From: an uncultured Gammaproteobacteria bacterium
Lineage (GTDB): Bacteria; Patescibacteriota; Patescibacteriia; XYB2-FULL-38-15
Reading direction: 5' to 3'
Length of the DNA: 64,000 bases
Assembly (NCBI GenBank): GCA_965231095.1
Contig: OZ246416.1
Location: 249,228 to 313,227, forward strand
Shown one piece after another: positions 8,707-16,999 of this stretch (position 1 is the stretch's first letter; the number at the start of each line of letters is the position of its first letter). The notes under the pieces are model-generated. The model was given only the letters and a program-made list of their open reading frames with translations, searched no databases and was not told the origin of the DNA. The translations under genes were made by a program, and so were the position numbers.

Positions 8707-9687
8707 ATGCCTTCTGCGAAACTAGCTAAAGTAAATATAAAAATACCTGCATCATACGAACCATCTTTTGGCATAAGTAGGTGGAGTAAAAATGATTACG
8801 CGAAACCATTAATATTTAAAATCGATAATGCTGAAGCACGGATATTTTTAGAATATCCACCGACGGGGTTCTCGGTATTTCCTAAATTAAAAATATTCCC
8901 ATTTCCGAATCCATTTATAGTTTTACTGATTCGTAATCCAAGTGCTGAATTTATACAAGGATTGAAGGCGAAAAGTGGAGAAAATACTGTTAAAACGGCA
9001 GAACATATCTACAAAATATACGTAGAAGTAGTAAGTAAATTAGAAATTTTGCTTCGAACTGTAGGGGGAGTTAAAAATTTATATGAACTCAGAACTCCGC
9101 CAATAGAAGCGTTATTCAAAAAAAATATTTTAGATTATCCAGTTACCTTTCAAATAGATTCAGAAGATAAAAAACCCTTTAGTCCGAAATTTTCGACAAG
9201 GTCAAGGAGAAGGAACCCTCTTTTTAAAGCCGATCAGCTTGTAACGCCAGATAAGTGGGGGAAGATGCAAAGAGCCATTGATAATCGATATTACGCAAGC
9301 CAAGAAATTATTGAAATATTAAGAATACGAGCGAAGCTATTAGGAGAAAATAAAAAATTAGCAACTCTCGAATCTGCAATTCTTTTCGAAAGTCTGCTGA
9401 GAGACTATTCGCGTAAGACTCTTGAAGAGAGGGGAGTCAGCAATACAAAGGTGAAGGAAGTTAGTGATGAATTAAATTTCAATAATATCCTCAATCTGCT
9501 ACTTCCCCTCAGTTTAAAAAAGGCAGAGGTCCTTAAACTTCGCGAAAGTATAAATACGATTGATGCATTGAGAAAAATTAGAAACAAAGTCATTCATGGA
9601 GAATTGACAGAAGATAAGATTGATAAAAAAATAATTGAAAAGGGGATTGAGGGGGGACTGAAATTGATTAGATTTTTATTTAAATGA
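8707..9687 (+). CDS. Hypothetical protein with a C-terminal HEPN-like Rx4H motif (326 aa); possible Abi-type RNase
   Basis: The C-terminal helical region reads …IDALRKIRNKVIHGELTED… (R-N-x3-H-G, as in HEPN/Abi_2-type domains). The rest is unrecognised. Confidence 0.4.
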   Translation: MPSAKLAKVNIKIPASYEPSFGISRWSKNDYAKPLIFKIDNAEARIFLEYPPTGFSVFPKLKIFPFPNPFIVLLIRNPSAEFIQGLKAKSGENTVKTAEHIYKIYVEVVSKLEILLRTVGGVKNLYELRTPPIEALFKKNILDYPVTFQIDSEDKKPFSPKFSTRSRRRNPLFKADQLVTPDKWGKMQRAIDNRYYASQEIIEILRIRAKLLGENKKLATLESAILFESLLRDYSRKTLEERGVSNTKVKEVSDELNFNNILNLLLPLSLKKAEVLKLRESINTIDALRKIRNKVIHGELTEDKIDKKIIEKGIEGGLKLIRFLFK

Positions 9688-9907
9688 TAAGACTAGCCCC
9701 AGAATATAGGGGAACTTAAAATTAGTTAATACAAATGTTTAGATAGTTCCGGTATATAAACATACTCATTTTGTCGCTGAATTATAGTTCTAACGCTGTC
9801 CACAATTCGGAGCCAAAATAAAAATTCCGACTTTTTGTCGGGGTTTTTATTTTGTGTTTTGTGGTGACAGATTTGAACCCACCCACCGTTAAGCCATCGG
9901 GCGTAGC

Positions 9908-9930
9908 TTCGAATCCCACCTCCCGAGCCA
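9908..9930 (+). repeat. attR core: second copy of the 23-bp tRNA-Asn 3'-end repeat
   Basis: Exact copy of 1615-1637; followed by an AT-rich hairpin that is probably the original tRNA terminator. Confidence 0.65.
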
Positions 9931-9967
9931 AAATAAAATATCCAACGAAAGTTGGGTATTTTATTTT
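9931..9967 (+). terminator. AT-rich 17-bp hairpin with a GAAA loop right after attR (probably the ancestral tRNA-Asn terminator)
   Basis: aaaataaaatatccaac-gaaa-gttgggtattttatttt. Confidence 0.45.
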
Positions 9968-9998
9968 CATTTTAACGATTTTTTGCTAAGATAATACT

Positions 9999-10589
9999 AT
10001 GGATCTAAAAATATTTTTTACAATAATTGCCGCGGTAATTGGTGTCCTAGCTTTCATCCCATATTTAAGGGATATTTTTCTATTGAAAACAAAACCCCAC
10101 GCTTACACCTGGCTCATTTGGGTTATTACCCAAGGAACCGCGGTTTTGGGGATTTGGTATGGCGGTGGGAGATGGGGCGCGCTTAATTTAACGGTCGGAA
10201 TTGTCCTTGCTTTCGTTGTCTTTTTATTTTCTCTAAAATACGGAACAAAAAATATTACAAAGAGTGACACAGCTATTTTAATCGCCGCCCTTTTGGCGAT
10301 TTTAGTTTGGTGGCAATTGGATCAGCCGCTTATTTCCGTGATTATGGTTTCGGCGATTGACGTTATTGGATATTTCCCGAGTTTTAGAAAATCATATCAA
10401 GAACCGTGGAGCGAGACCCTTACTTCTTGGATTTTATTTTCCGTCTCAAATGTTTTTGCGATGCTGGCGTTATCCCAATATAATTTATTAACTTTAACTT
10501 ATTTAGTTTCAATTTCCTTCGCCAATCTTATGCTTTTCACGATTTGTTTAGCGCGAAGACCTCATGTTCCAAAACCAAAATTATTATAA
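9999..10589 (+). CDS. Integral membrane protein (about 6 TM), hypothetical
   Basis: Hydrophobic helices throughout; ATG at 9999. Confidence 0.55.
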   Translation: MDLKIFFTIIAAVIGVLAFIPYLRDIFLLKTKPHAYTWLIWVITQGTAVLGIWYGGGRWGALNLTVGIVLAFVVFLFSLKYGTKNITKSDTAILIAALLAILVWWQLDQPLISVIMVSAIDVIGYFPSFRKSYQEPWSETLTSWILFSVSNVFAMLALSQYNLLTLTYLVSISFANLMLFTICLARRPHVPKPKLL

Positions 10590-10599
10590 TTTCTAAAAT

Positions 10600-11079
10600 A
10601 TGACCTCAAAAAATTTCTTAAAACTAATTATCGCAATTCTGGTTTCCGAAGCCGCGGGGATTATTGGTTCGATTTTCACAACCCCATCAATCTCCGGCTG
10701 GTACGCGAATTTGGTTAAACCGGAATTTGCTCCACCAAATTGGATTTTCGCCCCGGTCTGGACAACACTTTTTGCCCTGATGGGTATTGCGGCATTTCTT
10801 GTGTGGAAGAGGGGATTGGACGACAAAAAAGTAAAAATCGCTCTCGGTATATTTATCGGTCAGTTGGCGCTGAACACTCTTTGGTCAATTATCTTTTTCG
10901 GTCTGCATTCTCCGGCCGGCGCGTTTTTAGAAATTATTTTTTTGTGGCTCGCCATCCTTGCCACAATCATTGCTTTCGCAAAAATTTCTCGCGCCGCAGC
11001 CTGGATTTTGGCGCCCTATATTCTTTGGGTGAGTTTCGCCGCTTATTTAAATTACGCAATTTGGACTCTTAATAAATAA
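10600..11079 (+). CDS. tspO: TspO/MBR family tryptophan-rich sensory protein
   Basis: SGWYANLVKPEFAPPNWIFAPVWTTLFALMGIAAFLVW and a W-rich 5-TM pattern typical of TspO. Confidence 0.8.
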   Translation: MTSKNFLKLIIAILVSEAAGIIGSIFTTPSISGWYANLVKPEFAPPNWIFAPVWTTLFALMGIAAFLVWKRGLDDKKVKIALGIFIGQLALNTLWSIIFFGLHSPAGAFLEIIFLWLAILATIIAFAKISRAAAWILAPYILWVSFAAYLNYAIWTLNK

Positions 11080-11114
11080 AGGTCGAATCTTAAATAAAAG
11101 AAGGAGAAAATTTT

Positions 11115-11324
11115 ATGAAAGTATTAAATTGGGTAGCCATAGTTTTGATCGTTGTTGGCGGTCTAAACTGGGGCCTGGTTGGATTTTTTAACTTTGACCT
11201 GGTCGCGACTATTTTCGGCGCAATGTCTCTTGTTTCAAGAGTGGTTTACGCCCTCGTCGGTTTGAGCGCGCTTTGGGTGCTTCTCTTTATGTTGCCGCAG
11301 ATGAACAAGAAGCCACAGATGTAA
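11115..11324 (+). CDS. DUF378 family small membrane protein
   Basis: VGGLNWGLVGFFNFDLV signature; SD aaggag upstream. Confidence 0.6.
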   Translation: MKVLNWVAIVLIVVGGLNWGLVGFFNFDLVATIFGAMSLVSRVVYALVGLSALWVLLFMLPQMNKKPQM

Positions 11325-11400
11325 TTTTGAAATTTCTCGGGCAGCCTGTCTGGAATGGGCTGCCTATAGAGATTTTCAATTTTATGCCCAAAAGAAAAAT

Positions 11401-11919
11401 ATGATAAATCTCCCAAACATTCTAAGTTTGACGCGGATTGTTTTGGCTTTTATTTTTGCTGCCCTCCTTTTTAATTATTATAAAATTCCCGCTGCGGGAG
11501 TTTTTTTGTTGGCGATTGTGACAGATGTTTTGGATGGGTATTTAGCCCGAAAATATAATCAAATTACTTTACTCGGTAAAATTTTAGATCCGGCGGCGGA
11601 CCGGCTTTTGGCGCTTCTGGCTTTTTTGATTTTATATTTAAACCACGGCCTGCCCGCCGGCCTCGCGATTTTTGCTATTTTTTATCATCTCTATATTATT
11701 TTGGGCTGGGTCCTGATTTTTCAAACAAAAAATATTACCCTTGAACATACCTTCTGGGGAAAGTTAAATTCTTTTATTCAAACAATAATGTTTTTCGCGG
11801 TGATTTTTGATTTTTATCCAAATATATTTTTTGCGGCAGTGACGATTTCGCTTACTGTGGCTTTCCTAAATTATACTTTTCGGGGACTGATTGCCCTAAA
11901 TATTTTTAAGACAAAATGA
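11401..11919 (+). CDS. CDP-alcohol phosphatidyltransferase family protein (PgsA-like)
   Basis: DVLDGYLARKYNQITLLGKILDPAADRLL, i.e. the D-G-x2-AR…G…D-x3-D motif. Confidence 0.7.
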   Translation: MINLPNILSLTRIVLAFIFAALLFNYYKIPAAGVFLLAIVTDVLDGYLARKYNQITLLGKILDPAADRLLALLAFLILYLNHGLPAGLAIFAIFYHLYIILGWVLIFQTKNITLEHTFWGKLNSFIQTIMFFAVIFDFYPNIFFAAVTISLTVAFLNYTFRGLIALNIFKTK

Positions 11920-12461
11920 TTATTCTTCAAAGTTTATATTTTATGTTGCCGGCCTACATCGCAAATATGGCGCCGGTTTTTGCACGAAAATTTGGCGTGT
12001 TTAAATTTTTAGCGCGGCCGGTTGACGGCGGACGGCAGTTTCGCGGCAAGAGAATTTTTGGCGATCATAAAACTTGGCGGGGATTTTTGGTTGGCATTGT
12101 GGCGGCAATCGCGATAGTGTGGCTTCAGTATTTTTTATATTCAATTCCGGTCTTTAAAAATTTAAGTTTATTAAATTATTCTGAAAAAAAATTGTGGATT
12201 TTAGGTTTTCTTTTCGGATTTGGCGCGCTCTTTGGCGATCTGGTAAAAAGTTTTTTCAAGCGGAGAAAAAATATTTTGCCCGGAGCGTCGTGGATTCCTT
12301 TTGATCAAATTGATTTTGTGATTGGAGCTTTGATTTTTATTATGCCGGTTTATTTTCCTTCGTGGCCAGCCGTGATTATAATTTTATTCTTTAGTCCAAT
12401 CCTCCATATTTTAACAAATCAAATTGGTTATCTTTTGAAAATAAAAAATACGCGTTGGTAG
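11916..12461 (+). CDS. CarS-like (DUF46, CDP-archaeol synthase family) membrane protein
   Basis: RGKRIFGDHKTWRGF signature and membrane topology; translationally coupled to the preceding phosphatidyltransferase (ATGA overlap). Confidence 0.45.
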   Translation: MIILQSLYFMLPAYIANMAPVFARKFGVFKFLARPVDGGRQFRGKRIFGDHKTWRGFLVGIVAAIAIVWLQYFLYSIPVFKNLSLLNYSEKKLWILGFLFGFGALFGDLVKSFFKRRKNILPGASWIPFDQIDFVIGALIFIMPVYFPSWPAVIIILFFSPILHILTNQIGYLLKIKNTRW

Positions 12462-12502
12462 AACCTCTTGAAATTTAAAGAAAAAATTGATAGACTGACC
12501 TC

Positions 12503-13177
12503 ATGGGAAAACTATATATTATTGCCACGCCAATCGGAAATTTGGAGGATATAACCTTGCGCGCTCTTAGAATTTTAAAAGAGGTTGATTTGGTTTTGTG
12601 CGAGGACACAAGGCAAACTAGAAAATTACTTGATAAATACGAAATAAAAACGCGAACCTTGAGTTATCACCAGCACAGTAAGTTGGCGCGGGTGGAAGAA
12701 ATTATTAATTTACTTCGCGAAGGAAAAAATCTGGCGTTGGTTTCCGACGCCGGCACGCCGGCCATTTCCGACCCGGGCGGAAAATTAGTTGAAGAAGTTT
12801 TGCGGGCGTTTGGTGATGAGACACAAATTATTCCTGTTCCGGGAGCATCGGCCGTTGCCGCCGCGGCGAGCATTTCCGGTTTTCCCACCGATAAATTTTT
12901 ATTTTTAGGTTTTCCGCCGCATAAACACGGCCGTGCCGCTTTTTTTAAAAAAATTTCCGACATGGAAGAAACCGTTATTTTTTACGAATCAACTCACAGA
13001 ATTTTAAAATCCTTGGAAGAACTGCGGGGAGTGGCGGGGGCGAGACAGATTGCCGTTTGCCGCGAATTAACAAAAATGTTTGAAACAATTTATCGGGGAA
13101 AAACATCCGAAGTTTTAGAAAAATTAAAAGCCGACACAACAAAAGGAGAATTTGTTGTTGTGGTAGAAAAAAAATAA
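12503..13177 (+). CDS. rsmI: 16S rRNA (cytidine1402-2'-O)-methyltransferase RsmI
   Basis: LYIIATPIGNLEDITLRALRILKEVDLVLCEDTR… tetrapyrrole-methylase fold. Confidence 0.85.
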   Translation: MGKLYIIATPIGNLEDITLRALRILKEVDLVLCEDTRQTRKLLDKYEIKTRTLSYHQHSKLARVEEIINLLREGKNLALVSDAGTPAISDPGGKLVEEVLRAFGDETQIIPVPGASAVAAAASISGFPTDKFLFLGFPPHKHGRAAFFKKISDMEETVIFYESTHRILKSLEELRGVAGARQIAVCRELTKMFETIYRGKTSEVLEKLKADTTKGEFVVVVEKK

Positions 13178-13178
13178 T

Positions 13179-14696
13179 ATGGCGAAAAATAAAAAATTTT
13201 ACATCACCACACCGATTTATTACGTGAATGCCAAGCCGCACATTGGCCATGCTTATACAACGATTACGGCCGATATTTTGGCACGATACCACCGAATGCG
13301 CGGCGATGAAGTTTTCTTTTTGACCGGGACCGACGAGCACGGCGCGAAAATCAAGCAAATTGCCGACAAGGCGGGAAAAAGTCCGAAAGAATTTGTTGAT
13401 GAAATCTCCGCTTCTTTTTCCGGGGCGTGGGATATTTTAAATATCTCAAATGATAATTTTATCAGAACAACCGACCCGGCGCATGTCGAGGCGGCGCAAG
13501 AAGTGACACAAAAACTTTTTGACAAAAAACTTATTTACAAAGGAAAATACGAAGCGCTCTATTGCGTCGGCTGCGAACAATATAAAACTAGGGCGGAGTT
13601 GGTTGATGGAAAATGTCCGGATCATAAAATTGAACCGGAAGTGCGCTCCGAAGAGGCCTACCTTTTTCGGATGTCGGAATTTCAGGAAGAATTATTGCGG
13701 CGCATAAAAAGTGATAAATTAAAAATCAGTCCGGAAACGCGCAAAAACGAGATGATTTCTTTTTATGAAAAAGAAGGCCTGAAAGACGTGGCGATTTCCC
13801 GGAAAAAAGAGAGCGTGCCCTGGGGGATTGAATTGCCGTTTGATCGCGACCATACGCTTTATGTTTGGATTGATGCGTTTTTAAATTATTTGACTGGCCT
13901 TGGTTGGCCAAAAGATAAAAAAAATTATAAAAAATTCTGGCCGGCTAGTTTACAATTAATGAGTAAAGATATTCTGCGCGTTCACGCCACGATTTGGCCG
14001 GCCGTACTTTTGGCCATGGGAGAAAAATTGCCAAAAGAACTTTTTATCCACGGATATTTTACGATTGACGGACAAAAGATGAGTAAGTCGCTTGGTAATG
14101 TTGTTGATCCCGTGGAGTTGGCGCAAAAATACGGCGTGGATGAAGTTCGCTATTTTCTTTCGCGGGAAATTTCTTTTGGCGAGGACGGGGATTTTAGTTT
14201 TAAACGTTTAGAGGAAAGGTACAACGCGGAATTAGCCAACGGTCTGGGAAATTTGGTGGCGCGGGTGCTCGCGATGGGTGAAAAATATTTTGATGGAAAA
14301 ATTCCGGAGAAAACTGGCGGCAGCGTGGAGAGGACTTGGCAGAGTTATAAAATAAATATGGAAAAATTGGCGCCGCACTTGGCTCTGAAAGACATTTGGG
14401 ATTTGATTTCTTTTTGTGACCAATTTATAAACACCGAAGCGCCCTGGCAACTCGCAAAAACCGATAAAAAAAGATTGTCGCGGGTGATTTATACCTTGCT
14501 TGAAACAATCCGCCACATTGCCTGGTTTATTTCGCCGTTTATGCCCATGACTTCGGATAAAATTTTTGAACAGCTTGGTTTGGAGCCGGAAAAAGAAAAG
14601 AAAAAAAGTTTAGAGAAAGCAAAAGTTTGGGGCGGACTTGCGCCGGGCGAAAAAATAAAAAAAGGCGCGGCCTTGTTCCCGAGATTAGAAAAATAA
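13179..14696 (+). CDS. metG: Methionyl-tRNA synthetase
   Basis: HIGH motif (PHIGHAYTT), KMSKS (KMSKSLGN) and the zinc knuckle CVGCEQY…CPDH. Confidence 0.92.
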   Translation: MAKNKKFYITTPIYYVNAKPHIGHAYTTITADILARYHRMRGDEVFFLTGTDEHGAKIKQIADKAGKSPKEFVDEISASFSGAWDILNISNDNFIRTTDPAHVEAAQEVTQKLFDKKLIYKGKYEALYCVGCEQYKTRAELVDGKCPDHKIEPEVRSEEAYLFRMSEFQEELLRRIKSDKLKISPETRKNEMISFYEKEGLKDVAISRKKESVPWGIELPFDRDHTLYVWIDAFLNYLTGLGWPKDKKNYKKFWPASLQLMSKDILRVHATIWPAVLLAMGEKLPKELFIHGYFTIDGQKMSKSLGNVVDPVELAQKYGVDEVRYFLSREISFGEDGDFSFKRLEERYNAELANGLGNLVARVLAMGEKYFDGKIPEKTGGSVERTWQSYKINMEKLAPHLALKDIWDLISFCDQFINTEAPWQLAKTDKKRLSRVIYTLLETIRHIAWFISPFMPMTSDKIFEQLGLEPEKEKKKSLEKAKVWGGLAPGEKIKKGAALFPRLEK

Positions 14697-14705
14697 TATA
14701 AATTT

Positions 14706-15218
14706 ATGATTCTCTTTGATCTAATTCTCATCTTAATTCTCGGCGGATTTGTACTTTATGGATTGTGGTTTGGTTTGATTAATACACTGGGCGTTTTGGT
14801 CGGGACGATTGCCGGCGCGTTTCTTGCCGCGCGGTGGTATGAACCGGTTGCCGACTGGGCGGGATTTCTTTTTAGCGGCCATGAAAATTTGGCAAAAGTT
14901 GTTTGTTTTCTGATTCTTTTTATTATCATCAACCGTCTCGTGGGTTTGGTCTTTTGGTTTATTGATAAAATTTTTTCATTTTTGAAAATCATTCCTTTTT
15001 TAGGAACAATCAATCGCTTGCTCGGCGCGGTGTTTGGATTTTTGGAGGGGAGCTTGGTTTTGGGGCTGACGCTTTTTGTCGCGGAAAAATATCCACTCGG
15101 AGATTGGTTTACAACATCTCTTGCCGATTCCAAAATCGCAGATTATTTTATAACGGTGGGAAAAATTTTAATGCCGCTTCTGCCGGAAGTTTTAAAACAA
15201 GTAAAAGAAATGATTTAA
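14706..15218 (+). CDS. CvpA family membrane protein
   Basis: N-terminus MILFDLILILILGGFVLYGLWFGLINTL, 4 TM. Confidence 0.6.
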   Translation: MILFDLILILILGGFVLYGLWFGLINTLGVLVGTIAGAFLAARWYEPVADWAGFLFSGHENLAKVVCFLILFIIINRLVGLVFWFIDKIFSFLKIIPFLGTINRLLGAVFGFLEGSLVLGLTLFVAEKYPLGDWFTTSLADSKIADYFITVGKILMPLLPEVLKQVKEMI

Positions 15219-15221
15219 TTT

Positions 15222-16058
15222 ATGTTGATTGACACGCATGCCCATTTGAATTTTGAAGCATTTCTAAACGATTGGCGGGAAACCGCGAAACGCGCACTTG
15301 ACGCGGGGATTAAAATTATAAATGTTGGTAGTAATTTAGAAACAAGTAAGCGCGCGGTAGAAATTGCCGAAGAATTTTCCGAGGGAGTTTATGCCACAGT
15401 TGGGCTCCACCCTATCCATGTTTTAGATGAAGAATTGGAAATTGAAGAATATAAAAAATTAACGGCGCATCCGAAAGTGGTAGCGCTTGGGGAAATTGGT
15501 TTGGATTATTTTAGAATGCCGACATCAATTCGGCCGGAAGAAGCCGGGGGAGTGGCGGAAGGGCGGCAGATAAAATCTCCCGAGGAAATAAAAAATTTAC
15601 AAAAAGAAGTTTTGTTGGAATTTTTAAAACTTGGCGCGGAAGAAAAATTGCCGGTGATTGTTCATTGCCGCGAGGCGCATTCCGATTTGATTCAGCTTTT
15701 GGAAAATTTTGATAAGCCGGCCGGACCGGACGCGCGCGGGGTGATGCATTGTTTTTCCGGAAGCTTCGAAGAGGCCCGGCGATATTTTAATTTGGGATTT
15801 TTAATTTCTTTTACTGGAATAATTACTTTTGCCCATTACGAGGGCGAGGTTTTGGCAAAAGCGCCGCTTGAAAAAATAATGGTGGAAACTGATTGCCCGT
15901 ATCTTACGCCCGAGCCGCACCGCGGAGGGCGAAACGAGCCGGCTTATGTGGAATTTGTGGCGCGCGAAGTTGCTCGGGTAAAAAATGAAACATATGAGGA
16001 GGTGGCGAAGAGTACAACGGAGAACGCCAAACGTCTTTTTTCAAAAATGGAGAAATGA
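15222..16058 (+). CDS. tatD: TatD family metal-dependent DNase/hydrolase
   Basis: MLIDTHAHLNF…; internal H and D motifs (VHCREAH, MVETDCPY). Confidence 0.85.
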   Translation: MLIDTHAHLNFEAFLNDWRETAKRALDAGIKIINVGSNLETSKRAVEIAEEFSEGVYATVGLHPIHVLDEELEIEEYKKLTAHPKVVALGEIGLDYFRMPTSIRPEEAGGVAEGRQIKSPEEIKNLQKEVLLEFLKLGAEEKLPVIVHCREAHSDLIQLLENFDKPAGPDARGVMHCFSGSFEEARRYFNLGFLISFTGIITFAHYEGEVLAKAPLEKIMVETDCPYLTPEPHRGGRNEPAYVEFVAREVARVKNETYEEVAKSTTENAKRLFSKMEK

Positions 16059-16068
16059 CACGATAAAA

Positions 16069-16095
16069 CCTCGGTTAGGCCGAGGTTTTTTAAAC
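16069..16095 (+). terminator. Rho-independent terminator after tatD
   Basis: aaaacctcgg-ttag-gccgaggtttttt. Confidence 0.5.
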
Positions 16096-16254
16096 TTGAC
16101 CCTGCGGTTGACTAATATAGAGGAAAGAGTAAGATTAAATAATTTCTTAATCTTTTCGTAATATATTTGTAATATAATATTTAAAGATATTTGGAATTTT
16201 CCTCTAAATTTAAATAAATTAAAGTGAATTTTATTTCACTAAAAGGAGAAAAAT

Positions 16255-16932
16255 ATGACAATTTTAGTAGTAGAAGATGAGCATAAAATAACTCGTTTTA
16301 TTCAGCGGGGACTGGAAATGGAGCATTACACGGTTGATGTGGCCTATGATGGCGAAGAGGCGTTAAATAAATTGGGAGTAAACGATTACGATTTAATTAT
16401 TCTTGATTTGATGTTGCCCAAAAAAGACGGGATTGAGGTTTGTAAAGAAATCAGGGATAGAAAAATTGAGGCGCCGATTATAATGCTCACGGCGCGCGAT
16501 ACAATTGAAGACCGCGTGAAAGGTTTGGATCAGGGCGCGGACGATTATGTCGTGAAGCCGTTTGCTTTTGGAGAATTGCTCGCAAGAATTCGGGCTCTTC
16601 TTCGCCGAGAAAAAACCGTTAAGCGATCTGTTTTACAAATTTCCGATTTAGTTTTAGATCCGGCGACTCATGAAGTGACGCGCGCCGGCTCGTCGGTTCC
16701 GCTTACCAGCAAAGAGTATCGCTTGCTTGATTATTTTATGCGCCGGCCGGGGCAGGTTTGCACGCGGACAATGATTGGCGAACATATTTGGGGATATAAT
16801 TTTATTGATAACAGCAACGTGATTGATGTGTCTGTCAGTAATTTGCGGAAAAAAGTTGATGGGGGAGCCGCGCTCCAATTGATTAAAACCGTTAGGAATG
16901 TCGGATATAAAATAATTCAGGATGTTAAATGA
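16255..16932 (+). CDS. OmpR/PhoB-family response regulator
   Basis: Receiver domain (LVVEDE…DLIILDLMLP…K) and a winged-helix C-terminus (…VRNVGYKI). Confidence 0.88.
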   Translation: MTILVVEDEHKITRFIQRGLEMEHYTVDVAYDGEEALNKLGVNDYDLIILDLMLPKKDGIEVCKEIRDRKIEAPIIMLTARDTIEDRVKGLDQGADDYVVKPFAFGELLARIRALLRREKTVKRSVLQISDLVLDPATHEVTRAGSSVPLTSKEYRLLDYFMRRPGQVCTRTMIGEHIWGYNFIDNSNVIDVSVSNLRKKVDGGAALQLIKTVRNVGYKIIQDVK

Positions 16933-16999
16933 AAAAATTTAATCATTTTTTCACATTCAACCTACTGGTCGGAAGCGGGCGGGTTCGTTGTATTTAGAT

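Larger units (their letters stand above)
1638..9930. mobile_element. Integrated element (about 8.3 kb) in the tRNA-Asn 3' end. It carries a serine recombinase, SpoVG-like and DUF5659 genes, an RT + ncRNA module, membrane proteins and a HEPN-like protein.
   Basis: The integrase abuts the tRNA, the 23-bp direct repeats delimit the element, and the cargo is typical of phage/defence islands. Confidence 0.6.

Noticed and set aside
9861-9935. Possible minus-strand tRNA overlapping attR
   Set aside because: Only the last about 19 nt resemble a tRNA 3' end. The T-stem does not pair and no cloverleaf can be drawn, so it is treated as a fragment or scar.
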